Source: Ruminococcus sp.
GTDB lineage: Bacteria; Bacillota; Clostridia; Oscillospirales; Acutalibacteraceae
Reading direction: 5' to 3'
NCBI GenBank assembly: GCA_017404665.1
Contig: JAFRBX010000076.1
Span: 52,540-116,539, forward strand
DNA length: 64,000 bases
Positions 39,062-48,131 of the stretch are shown in pieces (the stretch's first letter is position 1; the number at the start of each line of letters is the position of its first letter). The notes beneath the pieces were generated by a model. The model did no database searches. It saw only the letters and a program-made list of their open reading frames with translations, and was not told the origin of the DNA. Made by a program: the position numbers and the translations under genes.

Positions 39062-39090
39062 TTGACTTCCCGTTCTGACTGTGATACACT
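39062..39090 (+). promoter_or_regulatory. sigma-A promoter upstream of TM1266-hydG-hydF
   Basis: TTGACT-N17-TACACT with extended TG. Confidence 0.65.
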
Positions 39091-39095
39091 GAAGC

Positions 39096-39211
39096 TATAC
39101 AGATGACCTGACACAAAGGATCGGTTCCTGACTGAAAGGCGCTGACAATACGCGTTCTCTTTTAACGGGATGATTGTATCTGCCGCGCCTTTGTGCGCGG
39201 TTTTCTCTTTT
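39096..39211 (+). ncRNA. Candidate cis-regulatory leader or sRNA ending in an intrinsic terminator
   Basis: Promoter immediately upstream; terminator CCGCGC-CTTTGT-GCGCGG-TTTTCTCTTTT at 39183-39211. Confidence 0.4.
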
Positions 39212-39309
39212 AACAGGAGCAAAACTATGTAACGCTTGAAGCAAAACTATGCAACTTTTCGGTTTTGTGCTCAAGCATGCGTTTGCATGCTCAAGCATGC
39301 GTTTCGTGC

Positions 39310-39393
39310 CAATACAAAGACGAAGACAAAGACAAAGACAAAGATGAAGACAAATACGAAGACGAAGAAAAATACAAATACCAATACGAAGAA
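39310..39393 (+). repeat. Degenerate hexamer tandem array (14 units, consensus VAAKAC)
   Basis: caatac aaagac gaagac aaagac aaagac aaagat gaagac aaatac gaagac gaagaa aaatac aaatac caatac gaagaa. Confidence 0.85.
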
Positions 39394-39438
39394 GAAGCGC
39401 TCCGCGCGGCTCCTTCGCGGAAGGAGGAAAGAATCGTT

Positions 39439-39684
39439 TTGGATACCAGAGTAGCTGTGATCAGCATCATCGTGGAGGATGATAATTCTACAACGGAATT
39501 AAACGAATTGCTGTCAAGCTTTTCGGAATATGTCATCGGGCGTATGGGCGTTCCATATAAGGAGCGCGGCGTGCGGCTGATCAGCGTAGCGGTCGACGCG
39601 CCGCAGGACAAGATCGCCGCCTTGAGCGGACGCATCGGCTCTCTGCCGGGCGTGTCTGTAAAAACTGCTTACGCTTCGATTTAA
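39439..39684 (+). CDS. TM1266 family iron-only hydrogenase system regulator
   Basis: TTG start after AAGGAGG; TRVAVISIIVE, IGRMGVPY, LSGRIGSL.GVSVKT. Confidence 0.85.
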   Translation: MDTRVAVISIIVEDDNSTTELNELLSSFSEYVIGRMGVPYKERGVRLISVAVDAPQDKIAALSGRIGSLPGVSVKTAYASI

Positions 39685-39772
39685 TGAGGAGTTAGGAATG
39701 AGGAATTGGAAATCGGGTGAGGGCGAAGCCCTCCTGATTTAACTATTCACTAGTCACTAACCACTTATCACT
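39685..39772. repeat. Heptamer tandem repeats (STRR-like) around a small hairpin
   Basis: tgaggag ttaggaa tgaggaa ttggaaa; AGGGCGAAGCCCT; actattc actagtc actaacc acttatc. Confidence 0.6.
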
Positions 39773-39829
39773 GTTTATTGTGAGAATAATACCCTGATAT
39801 ATCAAATGCTTTATGGAGGAAAACATACC

Positions 39830-41278
39830 ATGGCTATCTACAACCCCGCTTCATTACACGCGGAAGAATTTATCAACGACGAAGAGATTCGTGAAACACT
39901 GGCGTATGCCGAGAAAAACAAGAACAACATGACGCTGATCAACGAGATCCTTGAGAAGGCGCGTCCCATCCCGACCGCCGGCGGCTGCCGCTGCAACGGG
40001 CTCAGTCACCGCGAGGCGTCCGTCCTGCTCGCCTGCGACGACCCTGAGGTCACCAAGCGCATCTATGAGATCGCCGAGGAGATCAAGCTCGCCTTTTACG
40101 GCAACCGGATCGTCATCTTCGCGCCGCTGTACCTGAGCAACTACTGTGTCAACGGCTGCCTGTACTGCCCCTATCACCTCAAGAACAAGACCATCCCGCG
40201 CAAAAAGCTGACGCAGGAGGAGGTCAAAGCTGAGGTCATCGCTCTGCAGGATATGGGACATAAGCGCCTTGCCATCGAAAGCGGTGAGGATCCCGTGATG
40301 AACCCTATCGAGTATATCCTCGAATGCATCGACACCATCTACAGCATCAAGCATAAGAACGGCGCCATCCGCCGCGTCAACGTCAATATCGCTGCGACCA
40401 CCGTTGAGAATTATCGCAAGCTCAAGGACGCGGGTATCGGCACCTATATCCTGTTTCAGGAAACCTATCATAAGGAGAGCTACTTAAAGCTCCATCCCAC
40501 AGGACCCAAGCATAATTACGATTATCATACCGAGGCGATGGACCGCGCGATGGAAGGCGGTATCGACGACGTCGGCTTAGGCGTTCTGTTCGGACTGGAG
40601 CTGTACAAATATGAGTTTGCGGGTCTGATCATGCACGCCGAGCATCTGGAGGCTGTCCACGGCGTGGGTCCGCATACGATCTCCGTGCCCCGCGTCAAGC
40701 GCGCCGATGATATCGACCCCGATGAGTTCGACGGCGGCATTGACGACGAGACCTTTGAAAAAATCACCGCCTGCATCCGACTGGCAGTGCCCTATACCGG
40801 TATGATCATCTCGACCCGTGAGAGTGAAGAGGTTCGTTCAAAGCTCCTGCGGCTGGGCGTCTCTCAGGTATCGGGCGGCTCCCGCACCTCTGTCGGCGGC
40901 TATGCCGAAGCGGAGCGTCCGCATGATACCGAGCAGTTCAACGTCAGTGACCAGCGTACGCTTGACGAAGTCGTCGCGTGGCTGATGAAGAGCGGTCACA
41001 TTCCGTCCTTCTGTACCGCCTGCTATCGCGAGGGCAGGACCGGCGACCGCTTCATGTCACTGTGCAAGAGCGGTCAGATCCTCAACTGCTGCCATCCGAA
41101 CGCGCTGATGACGCTCGCGGAGTATCTGGTGGACTACGCGTCGCCCGAGACCAAGGCGATTGGCTTCGATATGATCGCGAAGGAGCTGAAGCGCATCCCC
41201 AAGGATAAGGTGCGCGCTATCGCCGCGCAGAACATCGAGGATATCAAGAGCTCGAACAGGAGAGATTTCAGATTTTAA
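39830..41278 (+). CDS. hydG: [FeFe]-hydrogenase maturase, radical SAM
   Basis: FAPLYLSNYCVNGCLYC, LFQETYH, HTISVPR, C-terminal PSFCTACYR...C. Confidence 0.95.
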   Translation: MAIYNPASLHAEEFINDEEIRETLAYAEKNKNNMTLINEILEKARPIPTAGGCRCNGLSHREASVLLACDDPEVTKRIYEIAEEIKLAFYGNRIVIFAPLYLSNYCVNGCLYCPYHLKNKTIPRKKLTQEEVKAEVIALQDMGHKRLAIESGEDPVMNPIEYILECIDTIYSIKHKNGAIRRVNVNIAATTVENYRKLKDAGIGTYILFQETYHKESYLKLHPTGPKHNYDYHTEAMDRAMEGGIDDVGLGVLFGLELYKYEFAGLIMHAEHLEAVHGVGPHTISVPRVKRADDIDPDEFDGGIDDETFEKITACIRLAVPYTGMIISTRESEEVRSKLLRLGVSQVSGGSRTSVGGYAEAERPHDTEQFNVSDQRTLDEVVAWLMKSGHIPSFCTACYREGRTGDRFMSLCKSGQILNCCHPNALMTLAEYLVDYASPETKAIGFDMIAKELKRIPKDKVRAIAAQNIEDIKSSNRRDFRF

Positions 41279-41279
41279 A

Positions 41280-41307
41280 AGATAATAGATAACAGATAAT
41301 AGATAAC
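41280..41307 (+). repeat. Heptamer tandem repeat
   Basis: agataat agataac agataat agataac directly after the hydG stop. Confidence 0.75.
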
Positions 41308-41412
41308 AGTTTTGGCATCTCACTTCGTTTGGTCATTTGATATATGAATCAAAAACGCGAAGCGTTTCCCTTCACGGTTATCTGTTCGATTCTATTTTTC
41401 GGAGGAAAAACC

Positions 41413-42594
41413 ATGTCCCTCAATTCTACCGTTTCCGCGCTGCGTCCGCATATCGCCTTTTTCGGACGCCGCAACGCGGGCAAATCGAGCGTGGTCAACG
41501 CTGTTACCAACCAGAGAGTATCCGTGGTCTCCGAAACCCTCGGCACCACTACCGATCCCGTTAAAAAAGCGATGGAGCTTTTGCCGCTGGGTCCCGTTGT
41601 GATCATTGACACTCCCGGCTTTGACGACGAAGGCGCCTTGGGAGAGCTGCGCGTCGAACGGACCCGCGAGGTGCTCCGCAAAACCGATATCGCCGTGCTG
41701 GTTGTAGACGCGACAGTAGGTTTGACCGAAGCAGACAGCGCGCTTCTCTCGGAGTTTGAGTCAAGAAAGCTGCCGTATCTGATCGCGATGAATAAGATCG
41801 ATCTCACTGAACAACCCCCGCAGGGGGATGAACACACCGCGTGTGTCAGCGCGCTGACAGGAGAGGGAATAGGGGAGCTCAAGGAGAGGCTTGCCCATAT
41901 CATCCGCTCCGATACAAAAGAGAAGCGCATTGTCGCCGACCTTGTCAACACGGGAGATACGGTCATATTGGTCATCCCGATCGACGAGTCCGCGCCCAAG
42001 GGACGCATCATCCTGCCCCAGCAGCAGGTGCTGCGTGAGCTTTTAGATCATCACTGCACCGTGCTGTGCTGTCAGGACATCGAGCTGAAAGCGACTATAT
42101 CAAAGCTGAAAGATCCCCCCGCGCTGGTCATCACCGACTCGCAGGCGTTCAAAAAGGTCGCGGCGGATACCCCCGAGGACGTCCCCATGACCTCGTTCTC
42201 CATCCTCTTTGCCCGCTACAAGGGCAATCTGGATCACCTGATCCAAGGCGCTGATATGCTGAAAACCCTGCAAAACGGCGATAAGGTGCTCATCAGCGAG
42301 GGCTGTACCCACCACCGTCAGTGCGGCGATATCGGTACAGTCAAGCTGCCTGCGTGGATCAGAGCGTACTGCGGCTCAGAGCCTGACTTTTCCTTTACCT
42401 CCGGCGGCTCCTTTCCTGATGATCTGTCGCCGTACAAGGTGATTGTCCACTGCGGCGGTTGTATGCTTAACGAAAAGGAAATGCAGTACCGTCAGCAGGC
42501 GGCAAATGCTGCAGGTGTGCCCATGGTCAACTATGGAATCGCCATCGCCGCGATGAACGGCATACTTGACAGAGCGCTAAAGAATGTTGTATGA
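41413..42594 (+). CDS. hydF: [FeFe]-hydrogenase maturation GTPase
   Basis: GRRNAGKSS, GTTTDPV, DTPG, NKID, EGCTHHRQCGDIG, HCGGC. Confidence 0.95.
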   Translation: MSLNSTVSALRPHIAFFGRRNAGKSSVVNAVTNQRVSVVSETLGTTTDPVKKAMELLPLGPVVIIDTPGFDDEGALGELRVERTREVLRKTDIAVLVVDATVGLTEADSALLSEFESRKLPYLIAMNKIDLTEQPPQGDEHTACVSALTGEGIGELKERLAHIIRSDTKEKRIVADLVNTGDTVILVIPIDESAPKGRIILPQQQVLRELLDHHCTVLCCQDIELKATISKLKDPPALVITDSQAFKKVAADTPEDVPMTSFSILFARYKGNLDHLIQGADMLKTLQNGDKVLISEGCTHHRQCGDIGTVKLPAWIRAYCGSEPDFSFTSGGSFPDDLSPYKVIVHCGGCMLNEKEMQYRQQAANAAGVPMVNYGIAIAAMNGILDRALKNVV

Positions 42595-42784
42595 GAACAG
42601 TTACAACAGTGTTGAGTGGCTATCAAAAGATGACGCGGCACAGGCTTGCTGCCCTGAAAAACACTGCACCGGATTATGCTCACACGATCCGGTGCAGTGA
42701 TTCTTTTCTTCACGTTTTCATTTTGTCGGCTTCACCTCGCGCTGAAGAAGCGGGGTGGTATTTCATCATTGTATCATTTCGTTA

Positions 42785-43720
42785 TCACAGGGCTGAGGTA
42801 TTTGTGATGAATTGCCTTATGACGTCTTCGTATCGATCGGGATAGTAATAATAGCACAAGCCGTGACCCGCTTCGGGAAAAGTGCGTCTTTCGATCATAG
42901 AAGGATTGGAAACAGCGACCTCATTGCTCATCTCAGGCGGCACAAAATCATCGCCTTCGCCGTGGATGATCAGTATCGGCACCTTTGTATTTTTTGCTTC
43001 CTGAGCGGCGGTAGTCGCGCTGATATTGAATCGTCCGTAAATCAGCCCCGAAAGCCAAACTATAGGCCAGCATAAATCGGGATTCAGATTGATCTTGCGG
43101 CAAACATGCCGGATGATGTCCTTAGGGGAGTTAAACGGACAGTCGGCGACGATACCCTTAACGTTTTTCGGCAGCTCCTGTCCCGATGCCATCAGCACAG
43201 TGCCCCCGCCGAGCGAGATGCCGAAGAGATATATGGACGTTTCCTTTCCGAACCGTCTGTCGGCATATCTGATCCATGACAAAGCATCATAGCGTTCTTT
43301 GATTCCGAAGGTGATGGTATGTCCTTGGGAGCGCCAGTGTGCTCTTTGATCGACGAGCAGGACGCTGTATCCTTCACGTATCAAAAACAGACCGATCCCC
43401 GAAAAGTCGCGGATTGCCGAACCGCGGTATCCGTGAAAACAAATACAAAGCGGCTTGCTGCTCTTTCCCTGATAGTATCTCGCGCTGAGCTTCAGCCCGT
43501 CATAGGAGCGTGTTCTGACATATTCGCAGGGAATTCTGCTGAGCTCCTCGGTTTTTTGACGAGCCGCGTCGCTGAAAGGATGATTGGAAATCGACGGAGG
43601 ACTCTCCGTTTCGGACATATCCTTTGTTGGCGAATAGAACACCTTATGATACGCGGTGTACAGTCCGGCGAAAAAGAACAGAATAACTGCGGAGAGAAAA
43701 AGAATGATTACGATCGTCAT
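42785..43720 (-). CDS. Alpha/beta hydrolase with N-terminal membrane anchor
   Basis: CFHGY, DQRAH, GISLGG nucleophile elbow, IHGEGDDFVP, AGHG. Confidence 0.88.
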   Translation of the reverse strand: MTIVIILFLSAVILFFFAGLYTAYHKVFYSPTKDMSETESPPSISNHPFSDAARQKTEELSRIPCEYVRTRSYDGLKLSARYYQGKSSKPLCICFHGYRGSAIRDFSGIGLFLIREGYSVLLVDQRAHWRSQGHTITFGIKERYDALSWIRYADRRFGKETSIYLFGISLGGGTVLMASGQELPKNVKGIVADCPFNSPKDIIRHVCRKINLNPDLCWPIVWLSGLIYGRFNISATTAAQEAKNTKVPILIIHGEGDDFVPPEMSNEVAVSNPSMIERRTFPEAGHGLCYYYYPDRYEDVIRQFITNTSAL

Positions 43721-43910
43721 AGTACATCCCCCGTGAAAATACTTCTTTATCCGTATCAGGTTTTTATCATTCCTATTGTAACATACAGTCTGTCGATTTG
43801 CAATCGTGCATTGTTTTTTCGAATGAATCGATTTCTTGAAAAAAAGTAGTGATTTTTGTTTTTGTTTATGATATAATTGAAAAGATAATAAAACTATTGA
43901 AGGAGTTTTT

Positions 43911-44210
43911 ATGATGACAATCAATAAAAAATCTGAAGGTTCAAAGCTGCTGGTCAAAATCGAAGGCCGTTTGGATACCAATACTACTCCCGATGCGGAA
44001 AAGGAATTGATGAACGGCTTGGAAAATATCACGGAGCTGACGCTGGATTTTGCTGAACTCGACTATATTTCATCCGCCGGTCTCAGACTTCTTTTATCCT
44101 TGCAGAAGAGAATGAATGTTTGCGGCTCCATGAAGATTCTGAACGCCAACGAGATCGTGAAGGAAATCTTCGAGGTGACAGGCTTTTCGGATATCCTGAC
44201 CGTTGAATAA
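43911..44210 (+). CDS. STAS-domain anti-sigma-factor antagonist
   Basis: GRLDTNT, LDYISSAGLRLLL, IFEVTGF. Confidence 0.9.
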   Translation: MMTINKKSEGSKLLVKIEGRLDTNTTPDAEKELMNGLENITELTLDFAELDYISSAGLRLLLSLQKRMNVCGSMKILNANEIVKEIFEVTGFSDILTVE

Positions 44211-44236
44211 GGGACGATTCCCGGGAGAAAAAGGTA

Positions 44237-45907
44237 ATGGCTGAACTGAAAAAAAGCGAATTGATTCGCGCGTCATACGGCATCAACCTGCCGCTCGAAG
44301 GAGAGGTGCTGTCGTCTTCTGCCGCAGTATGCCGCAACGGCACATTTGTAGGCAAGACAACCGGCGACATCCTCGCGTTTCGCGGAATCCCTTACGCCAA
44401 GCCGCCTGTCGGCGAGCGCCGCTGGAAGCGTCCCGTTCCCGTTGACACCGACTCCGGCGTATATGAAGCTTATTACAACGGTAAAAGCCCGATCCAGACC
44501 GAGTGGGAGACTGAGCAGGCGTCCTATTATCCGCAGGGTGAGGACTGTCTGTATCTCAATATATGGCTCAATAAAAGCTGCTCTGAAACCGATAAGCCCG
44601 TTATCGTCTTTCTGCACGGCGGTGCATACGGCTGGGGCGGTACCGCCGATCCGCTGTATGACGGCGCGAATTTTGTGCGGCATAATCCCGATATCGTTCT
44701 GGTTACCGTCGGTTATCGCACGGGGCTGATGGGCTTTGTCGATCTATCCTATCTTAAGGGCGGCGAATTTTATCCGGACGCGCCTAATCTCGGATTGCTC
44801 GACCAGATCGAAGCATTACGCTGGGTTCAAAAGAATATAGCGGCATTCGGCGGAGATCCCGACAACGTTACCATATGCGGCGAATCGGCGGGCGGCGGCA
44901 GTGTTTCTCTGTTTCCGATTATCGGCGAGGCGAAGGGCTTGTTCCGGCGCGTGATAGCAGAAAGCGGTTCGGTCGCGCTGACGTTTTCAAAAGAGCAGTG
45001 CAAAGCGTTCACCAAGCGTCTGATGCGTGAAAGCGGACTCAAAACGATGGACGAGCTGACGGCGCTGTCGGAGGATGATCTGAAGCGGCTGAATAAAAAG
45101 CTGAATTATTACAATAACTTCCCGCAGCGTGACGGCATGCTGATCCCTCTTGATCCCTATCGTCCTTATGAGATCGGCGCCACATCGGATATCGATATCC
45201 TCATCGGTACCAACAGCGACGAAGCAAACTACTGGGTGGGGGAGATCGGCGGCATCGTACCCTACCGTTTCAGTATTCCCGTCAAATATGAAAATGATTT
45301 AAAAACACTCACCCTCACCGATCGAAAGCGCGTCAAAAGCTTTATGAGCAGCCTTTCGGGTCACAGCATCTGGCGCATGTCGGAGTTTTACGATGAAATG
45401 ATGTTCCGTCTGCCGGCAATCAAACAGGCGCAGAGTCACGTGCAGAACGGGGGAAAGGTCTTTATGTACTATTGGACCCAGCCTTCATCGGTAAAATACC
45501 GCGGCGCCTGTCACGCGGTGGAGCTTGCCTATGTTTTCGGCAATCTGGATGAGACCATCTTCACCGGCGAGCGCGGCAGTGAAGAGCTGTCCCGTACCGT
45601 GATGACGATGTGGGCGAACTTCGCCCGTACCGGCGACCCTTCTGCGGAGGGGCTTGCATGGCTCCCTTATGATGCCGACCGCCGTTCAACGATGGTGATA
45701 TCCGCCGAACCGGAAATGTACGATGATGTGTTGTCCGAACAGAGAAAACTGCTGTTTCCGCTGCTGCGCTACATGATCAACCCCTCCTATGCCGAATTGG
45801 ATTATAACGTACCTTTTGTCAGAAAGACAGCAGGGCTTACCGCCGCTGCTGCGGTATCGGCAGTTGCTCTTGTTATCGGCATCGTGAAGCTGTTCAAGGA
45901 CGATTGA
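44237..45907 (+). CDS. Type-B carboxylesterase/lipase with C-terminal membrane anchor
   Basis: FRGIPYA, EDCLYLNIW, HGGAY, GESAGG, HAVEL. Confidence 0.9.
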   Translation: MAELKKSELIRASYGINLPLEGEVLSSSAAVCRNGTFVGKTTGDILAFRGIPYAKPPVGERRWKRPVPVDTDSGVYEAYYNGKSPIQTEWETEQASYYPQGEDCLYLNIWLNKSCSETDKPVIVFLHGGAYGWGGTADPLYDGANFVRHNPDIVLVTVGYRTGLMGFVDLSYLKGGEFYPDAPNLGLLDQIEALRWVQKNIAAFGGDPDNVTICGESAGGGSVSLFPIIGEAKGLFRRVIAESGSVALTFSKEQCKAFTKRLMRESGLKTMDELTALSEDDLKRLNKKLNYYNNFPQRDGMLIPLDPYRPYEIGATSDIDILIGTNSDEANYWVGEIGGIVPYRFSIPVKYENDLKTLTLTDRKRVKSFMSSLSGHSIWRMSEFYDEMMFRLPAIKQAQSHVQNGGKVFMYYWTQPSSVKYRGACHAVELAYVFGNLDETIFTGERGSEELSRTVMTMWANFARTGDPSAEGLAWLPYDADRRSTMVISAEPEMYDDVLSEQRKLLFPLLRYMINPSYAELDYNVPFVRKTAGLTAAAAVSAVALVIGIVKLFKDD

Positions 45908-45934
45908 CAGTAAAGTGTTTTGATAACTAGTAAA

Positions 45935-45970
45935 CCGCGTACAGTCGAGGATGATTGTACGCGGCTTCTT
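45935..45970 (+). terminator. Terminator after the carboxylesterase
   Basis: CCGCGTACA...TGTACGCGG-CTTCTT. Confidence 0.65.
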
Positions 45971-45980
45971 ATTAGTATTA

Positions 45981-46020
45981 GTCATTGCGCAGCCCTTTTT
46001 AGGGCTGCGGCAATCTCAAC
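45981..46020 (+). repeat. REP family A copy
   Basis: GTCATTGCGCAGCCCTTTTTAGGGCTGCGGCAATCTCAAC. Confidence 0.8.
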
Positions 46021-46099
46021 CGATTATATCGGAATCATTCTTCATATAAAATAGTATAGTTAACCATAATATGTCATCGTAAAGTCATGTCAAATTTCC

Positions 46100-46128
46100 T
46101 TGCTTTTTAGCGGTAATTGTGGTAAGAT
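46100..46128 (+). promoter_or_regulatory. sigma-A promoter of the acyl-ligase operon
   Basis: TTGCTT-N17-TAAGAT with extended TG. Confidence 0.55.
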
Positions 46129-46192
46129 ACATCTTGTTAATGCTATAAAGGAGAGTTTCGGCTTTTTCGAAAAACGCCGTTCACGATTGCAT

Positions 46193-48118
46193 ATGGGCGA
46201 CATCGGTCTCGGAAAATATAAGAGCATCAAGGATTATGTAGAGTCCAAGCTGCGCGAGTTTGAATCGCGCGGTCTGACGATGTCTGTGCTTTTTTCACTG
46301 ATGTTTCAGGAAAAAGACAATATCATGTATGAGCGCAGCCGCGGATATCGGATCGAAACCTTTACCTACGGCGAGGTAGAGGATCGGATACTGTCCAGAT
46401 CCCTTTCGCTGCAGAAGCTGCTTTCTGACATTCCTTCGGGTTCCGTCGTCGGTCTGTCGATGGAGAACTCGCTCGACTGGATCGAGAACTTCTGGGCGAT
46501 TCTCCTGTGCGGCTTTACGCCGCTGTTGATCAATCTGCGTTTGTCGCAGGAGATGGTCGAGGGAGCGATCCGCGACAGTCAATGTAAAGCGGTCGTTTCC
46601 GACAAACGGACCTATTCAGTCAAAACTGTCATGAACAGTGATATCCGATATATCGACAGCCGTATGAAGCCTGATGTTTTCGGCGAAGAGATATTGGTCA
46701 TGACCTCCGGCACCTCTCGTCATGTCAAGCTCTGCGCATATTCTGCACAGGAGCTTTTCTATCAGATCAAGGGCAGCTACGGTATTATCCGCGAATGCGA
46801 TCTGATCAAGCGTCATTATCAGGATCGGCTCAAGCTGCTGACCTTCCTGCCTTTTTATCACGCTTTCGGTTTGGTGGCTGTTTATATCTGGTTTTCTTTC
46901 TTTTCGCGAACCTTTGTCGAGCTGAAGGACCTGATGCCCGATACCATCACCGGTACCGTGCGCCGTCATCATGTCACACACATCTTTGCCGTACCGCTGT
47001 TCTGGGAAACAGTATACGAGCAGGCGATGAAAACCATTCGTCTGCGCGGTGAGGAGACGGAGCGCAAGTTCAAAAAGGCGATGGAGCTTAGATATAAGCT
47101 CGGCGATTCCGTCTTAGGTGAATTGTTCTCGAAGCTCGCGTTCAGAGAGGTGCGCGAAAACCTCTTCGGCGACAGCATCCGGTTCATGATCACAGGCGGA
47201 TCCTCGATCTCCACAGACGCGATGCGCTTTTTCAACGGTATCGGCTACCATATCGCCGACGGCTACGGAATGAGTGAGATCGGCATCACCTCGGTCGAGC
47301 TCTCCAAAAAGCCGAGCATCCTCAATGCCTGCTTCATCGGCAAGCCGATGGACGGTATGGAATACCGCATCAACGCTGACGGCGAGCTGGAGGTCAAGGG
47401 CAGGGCGATCGCCCGCTATATCATCGAGGACGGTGAGCGCAGGATTATCAATACCGGCTTCTTTCAGACCCACGATCTGGCAGTCTGCGAGAACGGTCAT
47501 TATAAGATACTCGGCAGAAAAGACGATCTGGTCATCGGCTATTCGGGTGAAAACCTCAATCCGAATCTGATCGAACCCGCGCTGAAGCTGGAGAATGTCA
47601 ACGAGGTGTGTCTGATCGGCGCGCGCGAAGGCTCTCAGGTCGTACCGACGCTGGTTCTTTCTGTCAATCGCTATATCTCAGCCGAAAAGCTTGAAGCGCT
47701 GGATCGTGCCGTCAAGAAAAAGCTCGAAGAAATGCATCTGAGTTCTGAAATACGAAAGCTGCTATACGTCAGCGACAGACTGATCGTCGACGACGAGTAT
47801 AAGCTTAACCGTATCCGGCTGCGTCAGCAGCTGGAGGACAACCGCTTTACAGAGATTCATCCGATCGGCGCCGATGAAGGCTTGCAGGATGAGCTCGCAC
47901 AGCGCATCAGAGAATTCTTTGCCGCCGCGCTGAGTCTCAAAACGGGGGATATCTCCGACAAAGCTGATTTCTTCCTCGATCTGGGCGGATCGTCGCTCGA
48001 CTATTTCGGAATGATCTCCGCGCTTGAGGGCGAGTTTTCGGTCAAGATCCCCGTGGAGCAGAGTTCGTCGCTCTCGACCGTCGCTGCTTTCCACGCATTC
48101 TTATCCGAAAGGCTATAG
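46193..48118 (+). CDS. Acyl-adenylating enzyme fused to a C-terminal phosphopantetheine carrier domain
   Basis: MTSGTS, LPFYHAFG, GYGMSE, FQTHD, GRKDD; carrier motif DFFLDLGGSSL. Start uncertain. Confidence 0.85.
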   Translation: MGDIGLGKYKSIKDYVESKLREFESRGLTMSVLFSLMFQEKDNIMYERSRGYRIETFTYGEVEDRILSRSLSLQKLLSDIPSGSVVGLSMENSLDWIENFWAILLCGFTPLLINLRLSQEMVEGAIRDSQCKAVVSDKRTYSVKTVMNSDIRYIDSRMKPDVFGEEILVMTSGTSRHVKLCAYSAQELFYQIKGSYGIIRECDLIKRHYQDRLKLLTFLPFYHAFGLVAVYIWFSFFSRTFVELKDLMPDTITGTVRRHHVTHIFAVPLFWETVYEQAMKTIRLRGEETERKFKKAMELRYKLGDSVLGELFSKLAFREVRENLFGDSIRFMITGGSSISTDAMRFFNGIGYHIADGYGMSEIGITSVELSKKPSILNACFIGKPMDGMEYRINADGELEVKGRAIARYIIEDGERRIINTGFFQTHDLAVCENGHYKILGRKDDLVIGYSGENLNPNLIEPALKLENVNEVCLIGAREGSQVVPTLVLSVNRYISAEKLEALDRAVKKKLEEMHLSSEIRKLLYVSDRLIVDDEYKLNRIRLRQQLEDNRFTEIHPIGADEGLQDELAQRIREFFAAALSLKTGDISDKADFFLDLGGSSLDYFGMISALEGEFSVKIPVEQSSSLSTVAAFHAFLSERL

Positions 48119-48131
48119 ATTTCGATTCATT

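Noticed and set aside
39236-39454. 72-aa ORF with a TKTKTK tract
   Set aside because: No SD at its start; it is a by-product of the hexamer array in another frame.
42591-42845. 84-aa ORF after hydF
   Set aside because: No motif or RBS, and it overlaps the convergent hydrolase 3' end.
46071-46093. GTCAT repeated with 11-bp period (Pho-box-like)
   Set aside because: Only two 5-nt matches; too weak without a comparative alignment.
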